A stretch of DNA of 63,030 bases, filler included, from Phoronis australis (lineage: Eukaryota > Animalia > Phoronida): assembly GCA_002633005.1 (NCBI GenBank). It is 6 parts of 6 records of this genome, joined end to end, with 100 filler letters (N's around TTAATTAATTAA, not from the genome) between each part and the next. Parts side by side here need not be neighbours in the genome. Positions count along the whole stretch, not along the records: positions 52,601 to 63,030 come from NMRA01000641.1; 5 more parts are not named here. One strand, written 5' to 3'. A program made the translations under genes and the position numbers. Positions 62,321-63,030 of this stretch are shown piece by piece; positions within the stretch are counted from its first letter, which is position 1; every line of letters begins with the position of its first letter. The notes under the pieces are model-generated. The model worked only from the letters and a program-made list of their open reading frames with translations, was not told the DNA's origin and did not search any database.

Positions 62321-63030
62321 CAGGGCTCGACATAACGAGCTGCAGGTCGCATTTGCGACCTGAAATTTGGAAATGCGAGCTGAGATTTTTGTCAGCTCGT
62401 ATAAAGTCGCAAAATGCGACCTGGAATTTCCAACGAATGCGAGCTGAGTTTTTACACTTCTAAACAGATACCTGGCAAATACACAGCAGCTCTTGTTAAT
62501 CCGACCGTTATTTGGTTGTTGCCAAATACAAGTTCAAAAGAACCCTAACCGAGAACATGCCTCGATCCCGATGACTTGTAAGCAAGTCGCGTGAACATGG
62601 GATATGCAGAATCGATCTTTGACGCGTTTCATTGGCTAACACTTTCGGCCACTTTTGTAAATTCACGGATTCGCCGAAGAAAGTTCGGGCCACTGCTTAC
62701 ACGTGATAAAACTTCACAAAACAATGGTGTTTCTATTAATTCTTAAGCGATCAACTTACCAAACTTTGTGGTGGACAAAAATGCTTATTTTTCACGTAAG
62801 ATGTCCTTATTACATGTACCAAATATCCACGACAATATCCCTGATATCGCACTGCGGCACCGTTAGCGCGCAAGCGGTCCCGGCAGACAATCGTGACTTA
62901 GACTGAGATGTGCTTCTCCTTTTATCGTATTAAGACAACCAAAGTGAAAATGACAACCTTATTAATCGCCAAGCGACGGTCACGTCTTTACTTTCAGTTG
63001 CCAAGAAATTCTCAAACCCTTTATTTGTTT
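62321..63030 (+). mobile_element. Family A transposon, longest copy, running off the window
   Basis: CAGGGCTCGACATAACGAGCTGCAGG start; matches 1-242, 28397-28832 and 52601-52912. Confidence 0.8.

Overview
Eukaryotic, AT-rich, repeat-dense draft scaffold, most likely from a marine invertebrate animal. It is broken by N-gaps that carry an artificial TTAATTAATTAA spacer. Spliced host genes read by hand: (1) a + strand short-chain acyl-CoA dehydrogenase (ACADS), 10 coding exons at 13067-27398, first exon not located; (2) three consecutive - strand exons of an OTUD3-like deubiquitinase (28896-30796) that the ORF track misses; (3) three - strand exons of an SVEP1/Uninflatable-like extracellular protein (furin-site segment, GCC2/GCC3 repeat, Ca-binding EGF; 2262-~6750); (4) a terminal Brorin/VWC2-like VWC exon (49767-49981); plus a few orphan exon candidates. 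Mobile DNA makes up much of the rest: a Penelope-like retroelement, a Sola3-like transposase relic, a decayed Ty3/Gypsy element with a tRNA-Ser PBS, a LINE 3' end, a tRNA-derived SINE, four Helentron-associated (HINE-like) elements packed with CTCF-like motifs, CAG-terminated MITEs with 5-6 bp TSDs, mariner-type MITEs carrying a HIRAN-like coding remnant, and a 2.6 kb palindrome made of two AT-targeting MITEs. The most notable non-obvious signals are several minimal hammerhead ribozyme motifs, one just downstream of a tRNA-like T-arm. All family assignments come from recalled motifs, not database searches.
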